Shown piece by piece: positions 37,178 through 46,033 of a stretch of 64,000 nt of DNA (the stretch's first letter is position 1; each line of letters begins with the position of its first letter). The stretch is from an uncultured Bacteroidaceae bacterium (lineage in GTDB: Bacteria; Bacteroidota; Bacteroidia; Bacteroidales; Bacteroidaceae). The DNA lies in NCBI GenBank assembly GCA_964439955.1, contig CAYTPX010000001.1:41334-105333 (forward strand), given 5' to 3'. The position numbers and the translations under genes were made by a program. The notes under the pieces are model-generated. The model was not told the origin of the DNA and did no database searches. It saw nothing but the letters and a program-made list of their open reading frames with translations.

Positions 37178-39142
37178 TTATTTCACGAACTTGTAGACGG
37201 CAAACGTCTTGGCCCCGAGGGTGGTTTCAAACACGTTCCCCTCGGCATAGGCCACGCCTTCCTGCGGGAGGACGTTGCCCGGGGCTTCCAAGGTGTTCAC
37301 GATTTGCTGGTCGTCGGCATGCAGGAGGGTCATTGTCCCTTTCGAGAACTGCTCTTGTCCCTTGAAGGTTATCTTCAGCGGTTGCTCCTCGTCGGACGTG
37401 TTGGCCACCTTCACGATGAAAGCCTGCTCGCCCGCGTCGTACACCGCGCTGGCATACAAACCGCCCTCACCGGCCACGGTTGCCTTGTTCTCCGTCAGTT
37501 TCAACACGTTCGTGCCCTTGTTGTGGCTGTAGAGTTGCTGCACGTAGTAGTTGATGGAGCGCACCGAGTTAAGATTGTCGAACCAGATGAGGTCGGGACG
37601 CCACTGCCAGCCGTCAACATGGGCAAAGAGCGGGGCATAAGTGGCCATGGGCACCACGTCGGCGTTGCGCTCCAAGCCGGTCATGAAAGCAGCCTCGCAA
37701 AGCGCGGACTCAAAGCTATTGGGCGTTTGGGCGTGGCAAGCATACTCCCCGGCAAAGACTTTCGGCCCCTTGCGGTCGTAGTTGTCGTAGCGGCGGGCGT
37801 TGTTGAGGAACCAGTCGGCGGGGCGGTAGTAATGCTCGTCCACAAGATCCACCTTCAAGCGCTTCATCTCAGGCCAAAGGTAATCGAAATCTTTGCCGTC
37901 GGATGAAGGCCCGGAAGAGCCCACTATCTGGATATCGGGATAAGCTGCGCGTATGGCTTTCACGAAAAGCTCCAGCCGTTCGGGATAAACTTCCCCCCAT
38001 TGTTCGTTGCCGATACCGATGAACTTCAGGTTGAACGGCTCGGGATGGCCCATTTCGGCGCGCAACTTGCCCCATTCCGTAGAGGCATCCCCATTGGCGA
38101 ACTCGATGAGGTCGAGCGCATCGTCAATATAAGGTTGCAACTCATCAAGCGGTACCCACCCACTTTCATTGTTGGTCTGGTATTGGCAGGCAAGGCCGCA
38201 GTTGAGGATGGGGAGGGGTTCTGCGCCGATATCCTCGGCAAGTTGGAAATATTCAAAGAATCCGAGGCCATAGGTCTGGTAATAATCGGGACTGTTGCGG
38301 TGCGCGAACGTATAGTTCCAGCGGTTCTCGTTCAAGGGGCGGTTCTCCACGGGACCCACGCTGTTCTTCCATTGGTAACGGGTGGCGAGGTCGATGCCTT
38401 CCACTATACATCCCCCGGGGAAACGGAATACTCCGGGTTTTAAGTCATAGAGCGCCTGCACCAAGTCTTTGCGCAACCCGCCCGGACGGCCTTTCCATGT
38501 GTCGGCCGGGAAGAGCGAAATGTGGTCAAGGTCGAGCGAACCCCTGCCCAAATAGAAGAGGCGCAACTTACCGCCCTTCATGTCCTGCGAAGCGGTCAGG
38601 CTGGCGGAGACCTTCGTCCAGCCGCTTCCGGAGGGGACGGCCACCTCTTGGGAGGCTATCACCTCGTTGCCTGGATTGACGAGCTCCACGCGTATCTTCT
38701 TCTCGCCGCCCTCACTGTCCGGCACGCGCGCCCACGTGGAGAAATTGTAGACTCCATCTTTCTTCACGGCCATGCCGAAGAACCCTTCGTTCTGCAGGCC
38801 GGTACGGCGCTCGCGATGGCCGGGCCAGGAAAGGCGCACGTAAGTCGGGTTGCGGTCGAAAGCCGGTTGGTCGGTACGCAACTCCACTTCTCCGAACGTG
38901 TCCCAGCCCATTAGCTTTTGGGGGAACTCGAACGAGCGGTTCTTCACCATCTCGGCATACAGGCCGCCGTCGGCGCCGTAGTTGATATCCTCAAAAAAGA
39001 CGCCATACATGGTAGGCTGCACGGCAACGCCCTTCTCCGGTTTGGAAGCATCTACCAGCAATTCGCGTACAACCTGGGCCTGTGCGGAAGACAGCGCGGC
39101 ACCCGTTGCCAAAACCGCAAGGAATGTTTTGTAGTTTTTCAT
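37178..39142 (-). CDS. glycoside hydrolase family 51 alpha-L-arabinofuranosidase, secreted
   Basis: ORF 37178..39340 trimmed to ATG 39142 (MKNYKTFLAVLATGAALSSAQA); YGVFFEDINYGADGGLYAEMVKNRSFEF, GIGNEQWG (acid/base Glu). Confidence 0.88.
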   Translation of the reverse strand: MKNYKTFLAVLATGAALSSAQAQVVRELLVDASKPEKGVAVQPTMYGVFFEDINYGADGGLYAEMVKNRSFEFPQKLMGWDTFGEVELRTDQPAFDRNPTYVRLSWPGHRERRTGLQNEGFFGMAVKKDGVYNFSTWARVPDSEGGEKKIRVELVNPGNEVIASQEVAVPSGSGWTKVSASLTASQDMKGGKLRLFYLGRGSLDLDHISLFPADTWKGRPGGLRKDLVQALYDLKPGVFRFPGGCIVEGIDLATRYQWKNSVGPVENRPLNENRWNYTFAHRNSPDYYQTYGLGFFEYFQLAEDIGAEPLPILNCGLACQYQTNNESGWVPLDELQPYIDDALDLIEFANGDASTEWGKLRAEMGHPEPFNLKFIGIGNEQWGEVYPERLELFVKAIRAAYPDIQIVGSSGPSSDGKDFDYLWPEMKRLKVDLVDEHYYRPADWFLNNARRYDNYDRKGPKVFAGEYACHAQTPNSFESALCEAAFMTGLERNADVVPMATYAPLFAHVDGWQWRPDLIWFDNLNSVRSINYYVQQLYSHNKGTNVLKLTENKATVAGEGGLYASAVYDAGEQAFIVKVANTSDEEQPLKITFKGQEQFSKGTMTLLHADDQQIVNTLEAPGNVLPQEGVAYAEGNVFETTLGAKTFAVYKFVK

Positions 39143-39189
39143 GCAATTTGAAAATTTAGTTAGCACTTGGTTATCTGTATTCATGGAGG

Positions 39190-39197
39190 CAAACTTA
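39190..39197 (-). promoter_or_regulatory. -7 promoter box (TAAGTTTG) for the GH51 gene
   Basis: Plus caaactta = minus TAAGTTTG, about 48 nt upstream of ATG 39142. Confidence 0.45.
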
Positions 39198-39244
39198 CTA
39201 AATGTTTGCGGATTATACAAGGGAAAGGCGGCGCATCCCCCCGG

Positions 39245-39358
39245 GAAGCAGCAAAAAGGAAGTGTTTCCCACGGGCATCTACACAAAAAGCCTTGCCGCT
39301 TTCTCCGGAAAGCGGCAAGGGAAACGGGAAAAAACGGCAAGGCTTTTGCGGGAAAGCC
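39245..39358. repeat. palindromic intergenic repeat cluster
   Basis: ccttgccgctttctccggaaagcggcaagggaaacgggaaaaaacggcaaggcttttgcgggaaagcc. Confidence 0.7.
39291..39320 (-). terminator. hairpin downstream of folA
   Basis: ccttgccgctttc 39291-39303 / gaaagcggcaagg 39308-39320, 13-bp perfect stem, 4-nt loop. Confidence 0.45.
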
Positions 39359-39880
39359 TCAAGGTATCCGTTCCAAAGTGAGGAAAGTAAAGGGATAAGG
39401 ATTGCGGTCGTCGGCCGGATGGGCCTCCATTTCCACCGTCCGCCATGCGGAAGGGTCGAAATCGGGGAAGAAAACATCGGCACCTGCCCCGTCGTATTCC
39501 ACGGAGGTAAGGTACAAACGCCCAGCATAGGGAAGGGCATCGCGGTAAACGCTATGGCCGCCTATGACAAACACCTCCCCCGCCCCGTCCGAAGCCTCCC
39601 CGCCTTCGGGAAAACGGCACGCGCCGATTGCCTCGTCGAGGCTGGCAAAACATTCGGCGCCGGGGAACTTGGCCCCGGGCCGCCTGCTCAAGACAAGGTT
39701 GCGGCGATTGGGAAGAGCCCCCTTGGGCAGGGACTCGAACGTGCGGCGCCCCATGATTATGGGATGCCCCGTGGTGAGTTGCTTGAAGCGGCGCAAGTCG
39801 GCCGGAAGGGGGCATAGCAGACCGCCGTCGCGGCCGATGCCCCCATTTTGCGCAACCGCGGCAATGAGCGATATCATCAT
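39359..39880 (-). CDS. folA: dihydrofolate reductase
   Basis: 173 aa; ISLIAAVAQNGGIGRDGGLLCPLPADLRRFKQLTTGHPIIMGRRTFESL. Confidence 0.9.
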   Translation of the reverse strand: MMISLIAAVAQNGGIGRDGGLLCPLPADLRRFKQLTTGHPIIMGRRTFESLPKGALPNRRNLVLSRRPGAKFPGAECFASLDEAIGACRFPEGGEASDGAGEVFVIGGHSVYRDALPYAGRLYLTSVEYDGAGADVFFPDFDPSAWRTVEMEAHPADDRNPYPFTFLTLERIP

Positions 39881-39892
39881 CGTCCTGCCCTT

Positions 39893-40381
39893 TCAATTTT
39901 CCCCGCCACCAGAGTCCGAGACATCGGGTATCGACATCGGACGGTTCAGGGCTTCGTGGAAAGAGATGAGCGTCTCCGTACGGGAAAGGCCGAGGGGTTG
40001 CAGCTTTTCATGGATGATTTGGAGCAAATGTTCATTATTATATGCGTAAATCTTGATGAACATGTCGTACTGCCCCGTAGTATAATGGCACTCCACTACC
40101 TCGGGAATGGCCTTCAACGCTTCCAATACTTGCTCGAAGGCGGCAGGGTCTTTCAGATTCAGCCCCATGTAGGCGCACGTATCGTAGCCTACTTTTTCAG
40201 GATCAATGACATATTGCGAACCCTTGACCACGCCCAACGCACCCAACTTCTGTATGCGTTGGTGGATTGCTGCGCCCGAAACGTTGCATGCGCGGGCTAC
40301 TTCAAGAAAAGGGATACGGGCATCGCGGGCAATCATCCGCAAAATTTGCACGTCGAGCTTGTCTAATTGTGAATGTCTCAT
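39893..40381 (-). CDS. Lrp/AsnC family transcriptional regulator
   Basis: ORF trimmed to MRHSQLDKLDVQILRMIARDARIPFLEVARACNVSGAAIHQRIQKL (HTH) followed by an RAM/ACT-like domain. Confidence 0.85.
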   Translation of the reverse strand: MRHSQLDKLDVQILRMIARDARIPFLEVARACNVSGAAIHQRIQKLGALGVVKGSQYVIDPEKVGYDTCAYMGLNLKDPAAFEQVLEALKAIPEVVECHYTTGQYDMFIKIYAYNNEHLLQIIHEKLQPLGLSRTETLISFHEALNRPMSIPDVSDSGGGEN

Positions 40382-40447
40382 AGCATGAATTTTCGGCGAA
40401 TATACGGAAAATCCCACCAAGACAAGGCTTTTCCCTGAGAAATGTGC

Positions 40448-40455
40448 TATTTTTG
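40448..40455 (+). promoter_or_regulatory. -7 promoter box TATTTTTG
   Basis: Exact TAnnTTTG 29 nt upstream of ATG 40484. Confidence 0.5.
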
Positions 40456-40483
40456 CACCAAAATACCCATATCTGATATAAAA

Positions 40484-41737
40484 ATGAAACCACTTTTATT
40501 ATCCATGGCCCTATTCCTCTGTGCCACAGGGCAAGCACAAACCTTCGACGAGTACTTTACCGACCAAACTTTGCGCTTGGACTATCAATTTGCGGGCTTC
40601 CGCGAACCGAGAAGCAACACTGGAGAACAATTCATTTACTTGCAGGATCTCTACAAACTGCCGGGATGGGCAGGCAGGAGGCAGCACCTTTCGGAACTCC
40701 CCCTTGCCGGAAACTACCAACTGACAGTAACCGACGCCGAAACCCAGCAAGTCATCTACCGGTACTCCTTCAGCACCTTGTTCAGCGAATGGCTTGACAC
40801 CGACGAAGCGCAGCACCTGCAACGCGCCTTCCCCAACACTTTCCTCGTGCCCTACCCCAAAAAGCCGGTAGACATCAGCATCTCTTGCCGGACGAAGAAA
40901 GGCACATACGAAAACAAGATAACCCACCGGGTCGATCCCTCCGACATTCTCATCCGCCCATTGGGGGAAAAGGGCACAACCCCCTATGAAGTTATCCAAC
41001 ACTGCGGCACTCCGGACCAATGCATCGACCTCGTTTTCGTGGCCGAGGGCTATAAAGAGTCAGAGATGGACAGTTTTATCGTCGATGTGAAACGCTGTTG
41101 CGAATCGCTCTTCAACCACGAGCCGTTCAAGCAAATGAAAGACCGGTTCAACGTGCTGGCCGTGAAAAGCCCCTCCCCCGAAAGCGGCGTAAGCATACCG
41201 CGCAACAACGACTGGAAGCAGAACCTCTTCGGCTCCCACTTCGACACATTCTACTCCGACCGCTACCTCACGAGCAGCGCCATCCATAAGATCAACGATG
41301 TATTGGCGGGCATCCCCTACGAACAAATCATCGTTTTAGCCAACAGTACCACCTATGGCGGTGGCGGGGTCTACAACTCTTTCACCTTGGCCGACGCGCG
41401 CAACGAGAAAACCCCGGCCGTCGTGGTCCACGAGTTCGGGCACACCTTCGGCGGACTGGCCGACGAATATTTCTACGAACAAGACCTCATGACCGACACC
41501 TACCCGCTCGACGTGGAGCCATGGGAGCAAAACATCACCACCAAGGTGGACTTCGCCTCGAAATGGGAAGACCTCTACAAAGAAGGCAAGGCCGAACTCC
41601 ACGAAGGCGGCGGCTACTCCACGAAAGGAATCTGGCGCCCGATGTTCGACTGCCGCATGCGCACCAACGAATGCAAGGAATTCTGCCCCGTTTGCCAACG
41701 CGCGCTGACCCGAATCATCGACTTCTATACGCGTTAA
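40484..41737 (+). CDS. M64 family metallopeptidase (IgA-peptidase-like), secreted
   Basis: ORF trimmed to MKPLLLSMALFLCATGQAQ; zinc motif VVHEFGHTFGGLADEY. Confidence 0.88.
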   Translation: MKPLLLSMALFLCATGQAQTFDEYFTDQTLRLDYQFAGFREPRSNTGEQFIYLQDLYKLPGWAGRRQHLSELPLAGNYQLTVTDAETQQVIYRYSFSTLFSEWLDTDEAQHLQRAFPNTFLVPYPKKPVDISISCRTKKGTYENKITHRVDPSDILIRPLGEKGTTPYEVIQHCGTPDQCIDLVFVAEGYKESEMDSFIVDVKRCCESLFNHEPFKQMKDRFNVLAVKSPSPESGVSIPRNNDWKQNLFGSHFDTFYSDRYLTSSAIHKINDVLAGIPYEQIIVLANSTTYGGGGVYNSFTLADARNEKTPAVVVHEFGHTFGGLADEYFYEQDLMTDTYPLDVEPWEQNITTKVDFASKWEDLYKEGKAELHEGGGYSTKGIWRPMFDCRMRTNECKEFCPVCQRALTRIIDFYTR

Positions 41738-41777
41738 GCCCCGGCGGTTTCCTTAACCGGACGAGCCATTTACCAGA

Positions 41778-41813
41778 ACGCCCCCTTGCCTGCCAGGACG
41801 GACAAGGGGGCGT
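41778..41813 (+). terminator. hairpin after the M64 peptidase gene
   Basis: acgcccccttg 41778-41788 / caagggggcgt 41803-41813, 11-bp perfect stem; weak T tract. Confidence 0.4.
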
Positions 41814-42019
41814 CTTCGTCCCTTACCGCGGGAACGGGCCGCACAAGGCTGCCAAACACATTATGGGCAGACCTTCAGCAACAGGGAGCAATACAGGCTG
41901 TCCGCGAATAAAGCCGCGCCACTCTCCGACAATTCATGCAGCGCTTTCTAGGAAAAGCGTTGCATCTTTTTATCACTCCCCGTAGCGGAAAAGAATTTGC
42001 ATAATCTTCAGGAAAACGT

Positions 42020-42027
42020 TACCTTTG
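42020..42027 (+). promoter_or_regulatory. -7 box TACCTTTG with TTTG -33 element at 41996-41999, promoter of tRNA-Leu
   Basis: Exact TAnnTTTG 25 nt upstream of the tRNA 5' end; 20-nt spacing to upstream TTTG. Confidence 0.5.
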
Positions 42028-42051
42028 CGCCACATTTTGGAAAGACACGTT

Positions 42052-42133
42052 GCGGCTGTGGCGTAATTGGTAGCCGCGCCAGACTTAGGATCTGGTGTTT
42101 CACGACGTGCAGGTTCGAGTCCTGTCAGCCGCA
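42052..42133 (+). tRNA. tRNA-Leu (anticodon TAG), class II with long variable arm
   Basis: Acceptor GCGGCTG/CAGCCGC + discriminator A; anticodon arm CCAGA-CTTAGGA-TCTGG (TAG at 42086-42088); T-loop GGTTCGAGTCC; CCA not encoded. Confidence 0.9.
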
Positions 42134-42139
42134 CCCAGC

Positions 42140-42184
42140 AAAAAGGAATCCTTCCGCCGACCATGGGGAAGGATTCCTTTTTTC
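42140..42184. terminator. bidirectional hairpin terminator (tRNA-Leu on + strand, hydrolase on - strand)
   Basis: aaaaaggaatccttcc 42140-42155 / ggaaggattccttttt 42167-42182, perfect stem flanked by A and T runs. Confidence 0.6.
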
Positions 42185-42255
42185 GTTTCGTTGCAAGTTG
42201 GCGGCACTTTCCCCCGACTGCGCTGCCGGGACACCACCTGCGGGGAAGCGGAGAC

Positions 42256-43083
42256 CTACCTGCCAAGCCGCAGGAAGTCGGCCACCTGCCCGAGGGCTTC
42301 CTCCCAAGCCCCGCCCGCGAAGCCATGGCCTGCCCCGCGGACCACGTGGAGTTGCGCGTCGGGGTACACTTGGAGCGCGCGCCGCGAGTAACCGAGCGGC
42401 ACGACGGGATCCTCGTCGCCATGCACGATGAGCACCGGGCCGCCATAACGCCCGATCTGCGGGTAGACCTCCATGCCGCGTAGCTCGCGGAAGAAACGCC
42501 GACCGAGGGGCACACCCCACACGAACGTGGTGTCGGGGATGTCCGCCTCGCGGACGTAACGGCTGTTCCAGTTGTCGGGAATACAGAAAGCAGGATAGAC
42601 CAGCACCAAACGGCTTATGAGCTGGGATTGCCCGGCTGCGGCAAGTGCCGCGACCAGCCCGCCTTGGCTCTCGCCTATGACGGCGACCGCGGTGCTGTCC
42701 ACGTCGGGGCGGGCGCGGAAGTAGCGCACGATGGCCTCCAAGTCGCCCACCTCGTCCCGGACGGACATGTCCATCGTATCCCCTGCGCTGCGGCTGTGCG
42801 CCGCACCGCAGGGGAAGTCGAAGGCATAACAGCGGTATCCCAGCGCGCAAAGCGTGTCGAAGTAGTTGCGCCCGGAGTGGTGGCTGCCGTTGAAGCCATG
42901 CGCGATGATGGCCACGGGAAGCCGCCCGTCGGTTTCCCCGGGCGAGGCCAGCAGGCCATAGATGCGGCGTCCGCCATGTTCAATCCATATTTCTTCGACC
43001 ACCGGGCCGGCGGCCGTGGCCAACTGCCTTGCGCCAAGCATCCAGGCCAAGCAGAGCAAGATGGTGGGGAGGGTGTGTCTCAT
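42256..43083 (-). CDS. alpha/beta hydrolase (secreted, dienelactone hydrolase/esterase-like)
   Basis: ORF 42256..43347 trimmed to ATG 43083 (MRHTLPTILLCLAWMLGARQLATA); nucleophile elbow GESQGG, HGDEDPVVP, GAGHGF. Confidence 0.8.
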   Translation of the reverse strand: MRHTLPTILLCLAWMLGARQLATAAGPVVEEIWIEHGGRRIYGLLASPGETDGRLPVAIIAHGFNGSHHSGRNYFDTLCALGYRCYAFDFPCGAAHSRSAGDTMDMSVRDEVGDLEAIVRYFRARPDVDSTAVAVIGESQGGLVAALAAAGQSQLISRLVLVYPAFCIPDNWNSRYVREADIPDTTFVWGVPLGRRFFRELRGMEVYPQIGRYGGPVLIVHGDEDPVVPLGYSRRALQVYPDAQLHVVRGAGHGFAGGAWEEALGQVADFLRLGR

Positions 43084-43120
43084 AGCAATCCGATGCGTCA
43101 GGTGGTTTGGGGTGATTATC

Positions 43121-43192
43121 GCCTTCCCGGGAAAAGGCCGGGCGTTTTTCCCGGAAAGCCTTGGCACTTCCCCCTGGAAACGCCAAGGCTTT
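43121..43192. repeat. palindromic intergenic repeat cluster
   Basis: cttcccgggaaaaggccgggcgtttttcccggaaagccttggcacttccccctggaaacgccaaggctttt. Confidence 0.7.
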
Positions 43193-44707
43193 TCACTCCC
43201 CGTTGAGGCGGAGTATCTCGTCGATGTACGTGCGGTCGTTGCATAGGCGCGGCACCTTGTGCTGCCCGCCCAGCTTCCCTTTCTGTGCCAGCCAGTCGTG
43301 GAAGAGGTTTTCCCTAGCCACCACGATTTCCGGCATCTGCAGGGCAATGTCCTTCCAGCGCTTGGCTTCGTAGTCGGAGTTCAACTCCTTGAGGGAAGCG
43401 TCGAGCACGGAAGCGAAGTGCGCCACGCTGTCGGGCATCCGCGCGAACTCAATGACCCACTGGTGCCGGCATTTCGCCCGGCTGTCCATGAAGACCGGCG
43501 CAGCGGTGTAGTCCGCTACCAGCGCGCCGCAGGCGCTGCAGGCGCGCGCCAAGGCCTTGTCGGCGTTATCCACCACGAGTTCCTCGCCGAAGGCATTGAT
43601 GAAATGCTTCGTCCGGCCGGAGATTACGAATTTCCACGGGGCCTTCGAGGTGAAGCGCACCGTGTCGCCGATGAGGTAGCGCCACAGTCCCGCGCAGTTG
43701 TTCAGCACCAAGGCGTAATTCTTCCCTATCTCCACGCCGGAGAGCGGCACGGTACGCGGGTTTTCCGAGCCGAATTCGTCCATCGGGAGGAACTCGTAAA
43801 ACATCCCGTAGTCCACCATCAGCAACATTGCCGGGTCGCCCGGGTCATCCTGCACGCCGAAAAAGCCCTCGCTCGCGTTGTAAGTCTCCATGTAGTGCAT
43901 GTCTTCCTTCCGGATCACCTGCCGGTATTGCTCGCGGTAGGGCGTGAAAGCCACGCCACCATGGAAGAAAACCTCCAGGTTGGGCCATACTTCCTCGAGC
44001 CCTTCCTTGCCCGTCTTGTGCAGGATATGCTTGATGAGCACCAAGAACCACGAGGGCACGCCGCTCAAGTTGGTCACGTTGGCCGGGATTACCGCGTCGG
44101 CCATCACGCGGAGCTTGGACTCCCACTCGCCCATGAGGGCTATTTCCTTCGAAGGCACCCGGATGAGATTGACCAACGGGGGGATGTTTTCCATCAAGAT
44201 GGCCGAGAGGTCGCCCACCAGGCTGTGGGGCGTGTTCAGGTTCGGGCTGTGGCTGCCGCCCAATATCAGCCCCTTGCCGTCGAAAAAGCGGCTACGCGGG
44301 TTCACCTTATGCAAGTACAAGGCAACGCAGTCCTGCCCCCCGCGGTAGTGTATCGTCCGCAACGCGTCGGCCGTCACGGGCAGGTATTTGCTCTTGTCGT
44401 TCGTCGTGCCGCTCGATTTGGCAAACCACTTCGTGCGGCCCGGCCAGAGGATGTCACTCCCGCCTTGGCGCACGCGCTCCACGTAGCCTTTCACTTCCTC
44501 GTACGTCTGCAAGGGCACGCGGCGGCAATACTCCTCATAGCTGCGGATCTCGCCATAGCCGTAGGTGCGGCCCCACTCCGTGTTGCGCGCACGGTGGAGC
44601 AATGAGCGGAAAGCGGCCTCCTGCAAGGCCTCCGACTCCGTGGCATAACGGTCGATGGCATGGACGCGGCTTTTAAAAAAAGGGGATATCAAGGGGGTTA
44701 TTTTCAT
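43193..44707 (-). CDS. GH3 auxin-responsive-promoter family protein (acyl-adenylate-forming enzyme fold)
   Basis: ORF 43193..45079 trimmed to ATG 44707 (MKITPLISPFFKSRVHAIDRY...); 504 aa, full-length resemblance to Bacteroidota GH3-family proteins (from memory). Confidence 0.85.
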   Translation of the reverse strand: MKITPLISPFFKSRVHAIDRYATESEALQEAAFRSLLHRARNTEWGRTYGYGEIRSYEEYCRRVPLQTYEEVKGYVERVRQGGSDILWPGRTKWFAKSSGTTNDKSKYLPVTADALRTIHYRGGQDCVALYLHKVNPRSRFFDGKGLILGGSHSPNLNTPHSLVGDLSAILMENIPPLVNLIRVPSKEIALMGEWESKLRVMADAVIPANVTNLSGVPSWFLVLIKHILHKTGKEGLEEVWPNLEVFFHGGVAFTPYREQYRQVIRKEDMHYMETYNASEGFFGVQDDPGDPAMLLMVDYGMFYEFLPMDEFGSENPRTVPLSGVEIGKNYALVLNNCAGLWRYLIGDTVRFTSKAPWKFVISGRTKHFINAFGEELVVDNADKALARACSACGALVADYTAAPVFMDSRAKCRHQWVIEFARMPDSVAHFASVLDASLKELNSDYEAKRWKDIALQMPEIVVARENLFHDWLAQKGKLGGQHKVPRLCNDRTYIDEILRLNGE

Positions 44708-44714
44708 ACTGTCT

Positions 44715-45025
44715 TTCCTTTCCGACCGGAAGCCTCCCCAAGGCAGCACAGCAAGGCCTGCCCGGGGAAACGGTCCAGTCCGGCGCAAAATTACCTCTAT
44801 TTTCCAGAACAACCGCCCGCCAAGGCTCTTTTTCGCCGCAGGAAGGGAAAATAGCCCACCGGCGTGGCAAAAAATAAACGCCGGCCGCCCGGAAGAGCCG
44901 CACGAGGCCTCCCTCTCCGCTCCGCACCCGCCGGGAAAAAGCCCTGTCGGCCTTCCCGGAAAGCCTTGCGGGTTTCCCAAAAAAGGGCTGCCGCCCTTTC
45001 CCGGAAACGCAGGAAGGGGAAATGG
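44715..45025. repeat. palindromic intergenic repeat cluster (long; clearest copies 44925-45025)
   Basis: ccgggaaaaagccctgtcggccttcccggaaagccttgcgggtttcccaaaaaagggctgccgccctttcccggaaacgc. Confidence 0.65.
44786..44793 (-). promoter_or_regulatory. -7 promoter box (TAATTTTG) for the GH3-family gene
   Basis: Plus caaaatta = minus TAATTTTG, about 79 nt upstream of ATG 44707. Confidence 0.4.
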
Positions 45026-45064
45026 ATTCCTATAAACATTTCTTGTCGTTTGCGCAGGAATGCG

Positions 45065-45072
45065 TAACTTTG
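45065..45072 (+). promoter_or_regulatory. -7 promoter box TAACTTTG for rfbA-rfbB
   Basis: Exact TAnnTTTG 39 nt upstream of ATG 45111. Confidence 0.5.
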
Positions 45073-45110
45073 CCCCCATACCCGCAATCGAACCTCAACG
45101 ACAAAGACAA

Positions 45111-45974
45111 ATGAAAGGCATCATCCTTGCGGGGGGCAGCGCGACGCGCCTGTACCCGCTCTCCAAGGCTATCTCGAAACAAATCATGCCGGTCTACGAC
45201 AAACCCATGATCTACTACCCGCTCTCCACGCTCATGCTGGCGGGAATCAGGGAAGTACTCATCATTTCCACCCCACGTGACCTGCCCATGTTCCGCAACC
45301 TCCTCGGGAGCGGGGAGGAGCTGGGCATGGCGTTCAGCTACAAGGTGCAGGAAACCCCCAATGGGTTGGCGCAAGCCTTCGTGCTCGGGGCCGACTTCCT
45401 CGCCGGGGGGCCGGGATGCCTCATCCTCGGCGACAACATGTTTTACGGGCAGAACTTCTCGGCAATGCTCCACCGCGCGGCGAACACACGGCAGGGGGCG
45501 TGCATCTTCGGCTACTACGTAAAAGACCCCCGCGCCTACGGAGTGGTAGAGTTCGACGAAGGGGGAAAAGTCATTTCCATCGAAGAAAAACCCGGACAGC
45601 CCAAGAGCAACTATGCCGTCCCGGGGCTCTATTTCTACGACGCTTCCGTTACCGAAAAGGCCGCCTCCCTCAAACCCTCGGCACGGGGAGAATATGAAAT
45701 CACCGACCTCAACCGCCTGTACATGGAGGAGGGCACATTACGCGTCGAACTGTTCGGACGCGGCTTCGCATGGCTCGACACAGGCAACTGCGACAGCCTC
45801 CTCGACGCGGGAAACTTCGTGGCCACCATACAGAACCGGCAGGGATTCTACGTAGGTTGCATCGAAGAAATCGCATGGCGCAACAAATGGATTGACGACA
45901 TGCAGCTGCGCACCCTCGGCGAACGGCTGCAGAAAACCCACTACGGCCAGTACATCCTAGGGCTGCTCCAATAG
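45111..45974 (+). CDS. rfbA: glucose-1-phosphate thymidylyltransferase
   Basis: ORF trimmed to MKGIILAGGSATRLYPLSKAISKQIMPVYDKPMIYYPLS; 287 aa. Confidence 0.93.
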   Translation: MKGIILAGGSATRLYPLSKAISKQIMPVYDKPMIYYPLSTLMLAGIREVLIISTPRDLPMFRNLLGSGEELGMAFSYKVQETPNGLAQAFVLGADFLAGGPGCLILGDNMFYGQNFSAMLHRAANTRQGACIFGYYVKDPRAYGVVEFDEGGKVISIEEKPGQPKSNYAVPGLYFYDASVTEKAASLKPSARGEYEITDLNRLYMEEGTLRVELFGRGFAWLDTGNCDSLLDAGNFVATIQNRQGFYVGCIEEIAWRNKWIDDMQLRTLGERLQKTHYGQYILGLLQ

Positions 45975-46033
45975 GGACGGCCACCACATCAGATAATACC
46001 AAAAGCCAAAAGACATCTATCAAACGAGCGAAC

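Noticed and set aside
15211-39142. Polysaccharide utilisation locus around the GH10 xylanase (15211..16377) or the GH51 arabinofuranosidase (37178..39142).
   Set aside because: No SusC/SusD-like pair, hybrid two-component regulator or further CAZymes flank either gene. They appear as isolated secreted enzymes.
41738-43083. Integrated element at tRNA-Leu(TAG).
   Set aside because: No integrase is present and there is no duplicated tRNA 3' segment downstream. The neighbouring genes (alpha/beta hydrolase, GH3-family) have host-like GC. ORF 41973..42515 (-) merely runs antisense through the tRNA.
43193-45079. N-terminal extensions of track ORFs into spacers. Examples: 43193..45079, 37178..39340, 23574..24503, 2242..3645, 14019..15338, 42256..43347, 54501..56030 and 29730..31178.
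   Set aside because: The extensions are translations of the GGAAA..TTTCC repeat clusters (FPGK/PCRF/GKAL-type low-complexity peptides). They precede internal Met codons that align with canonical N-termini or signal peptides, often just downstream of a TAnnTTTG box. The genes were trimmed accordingly.
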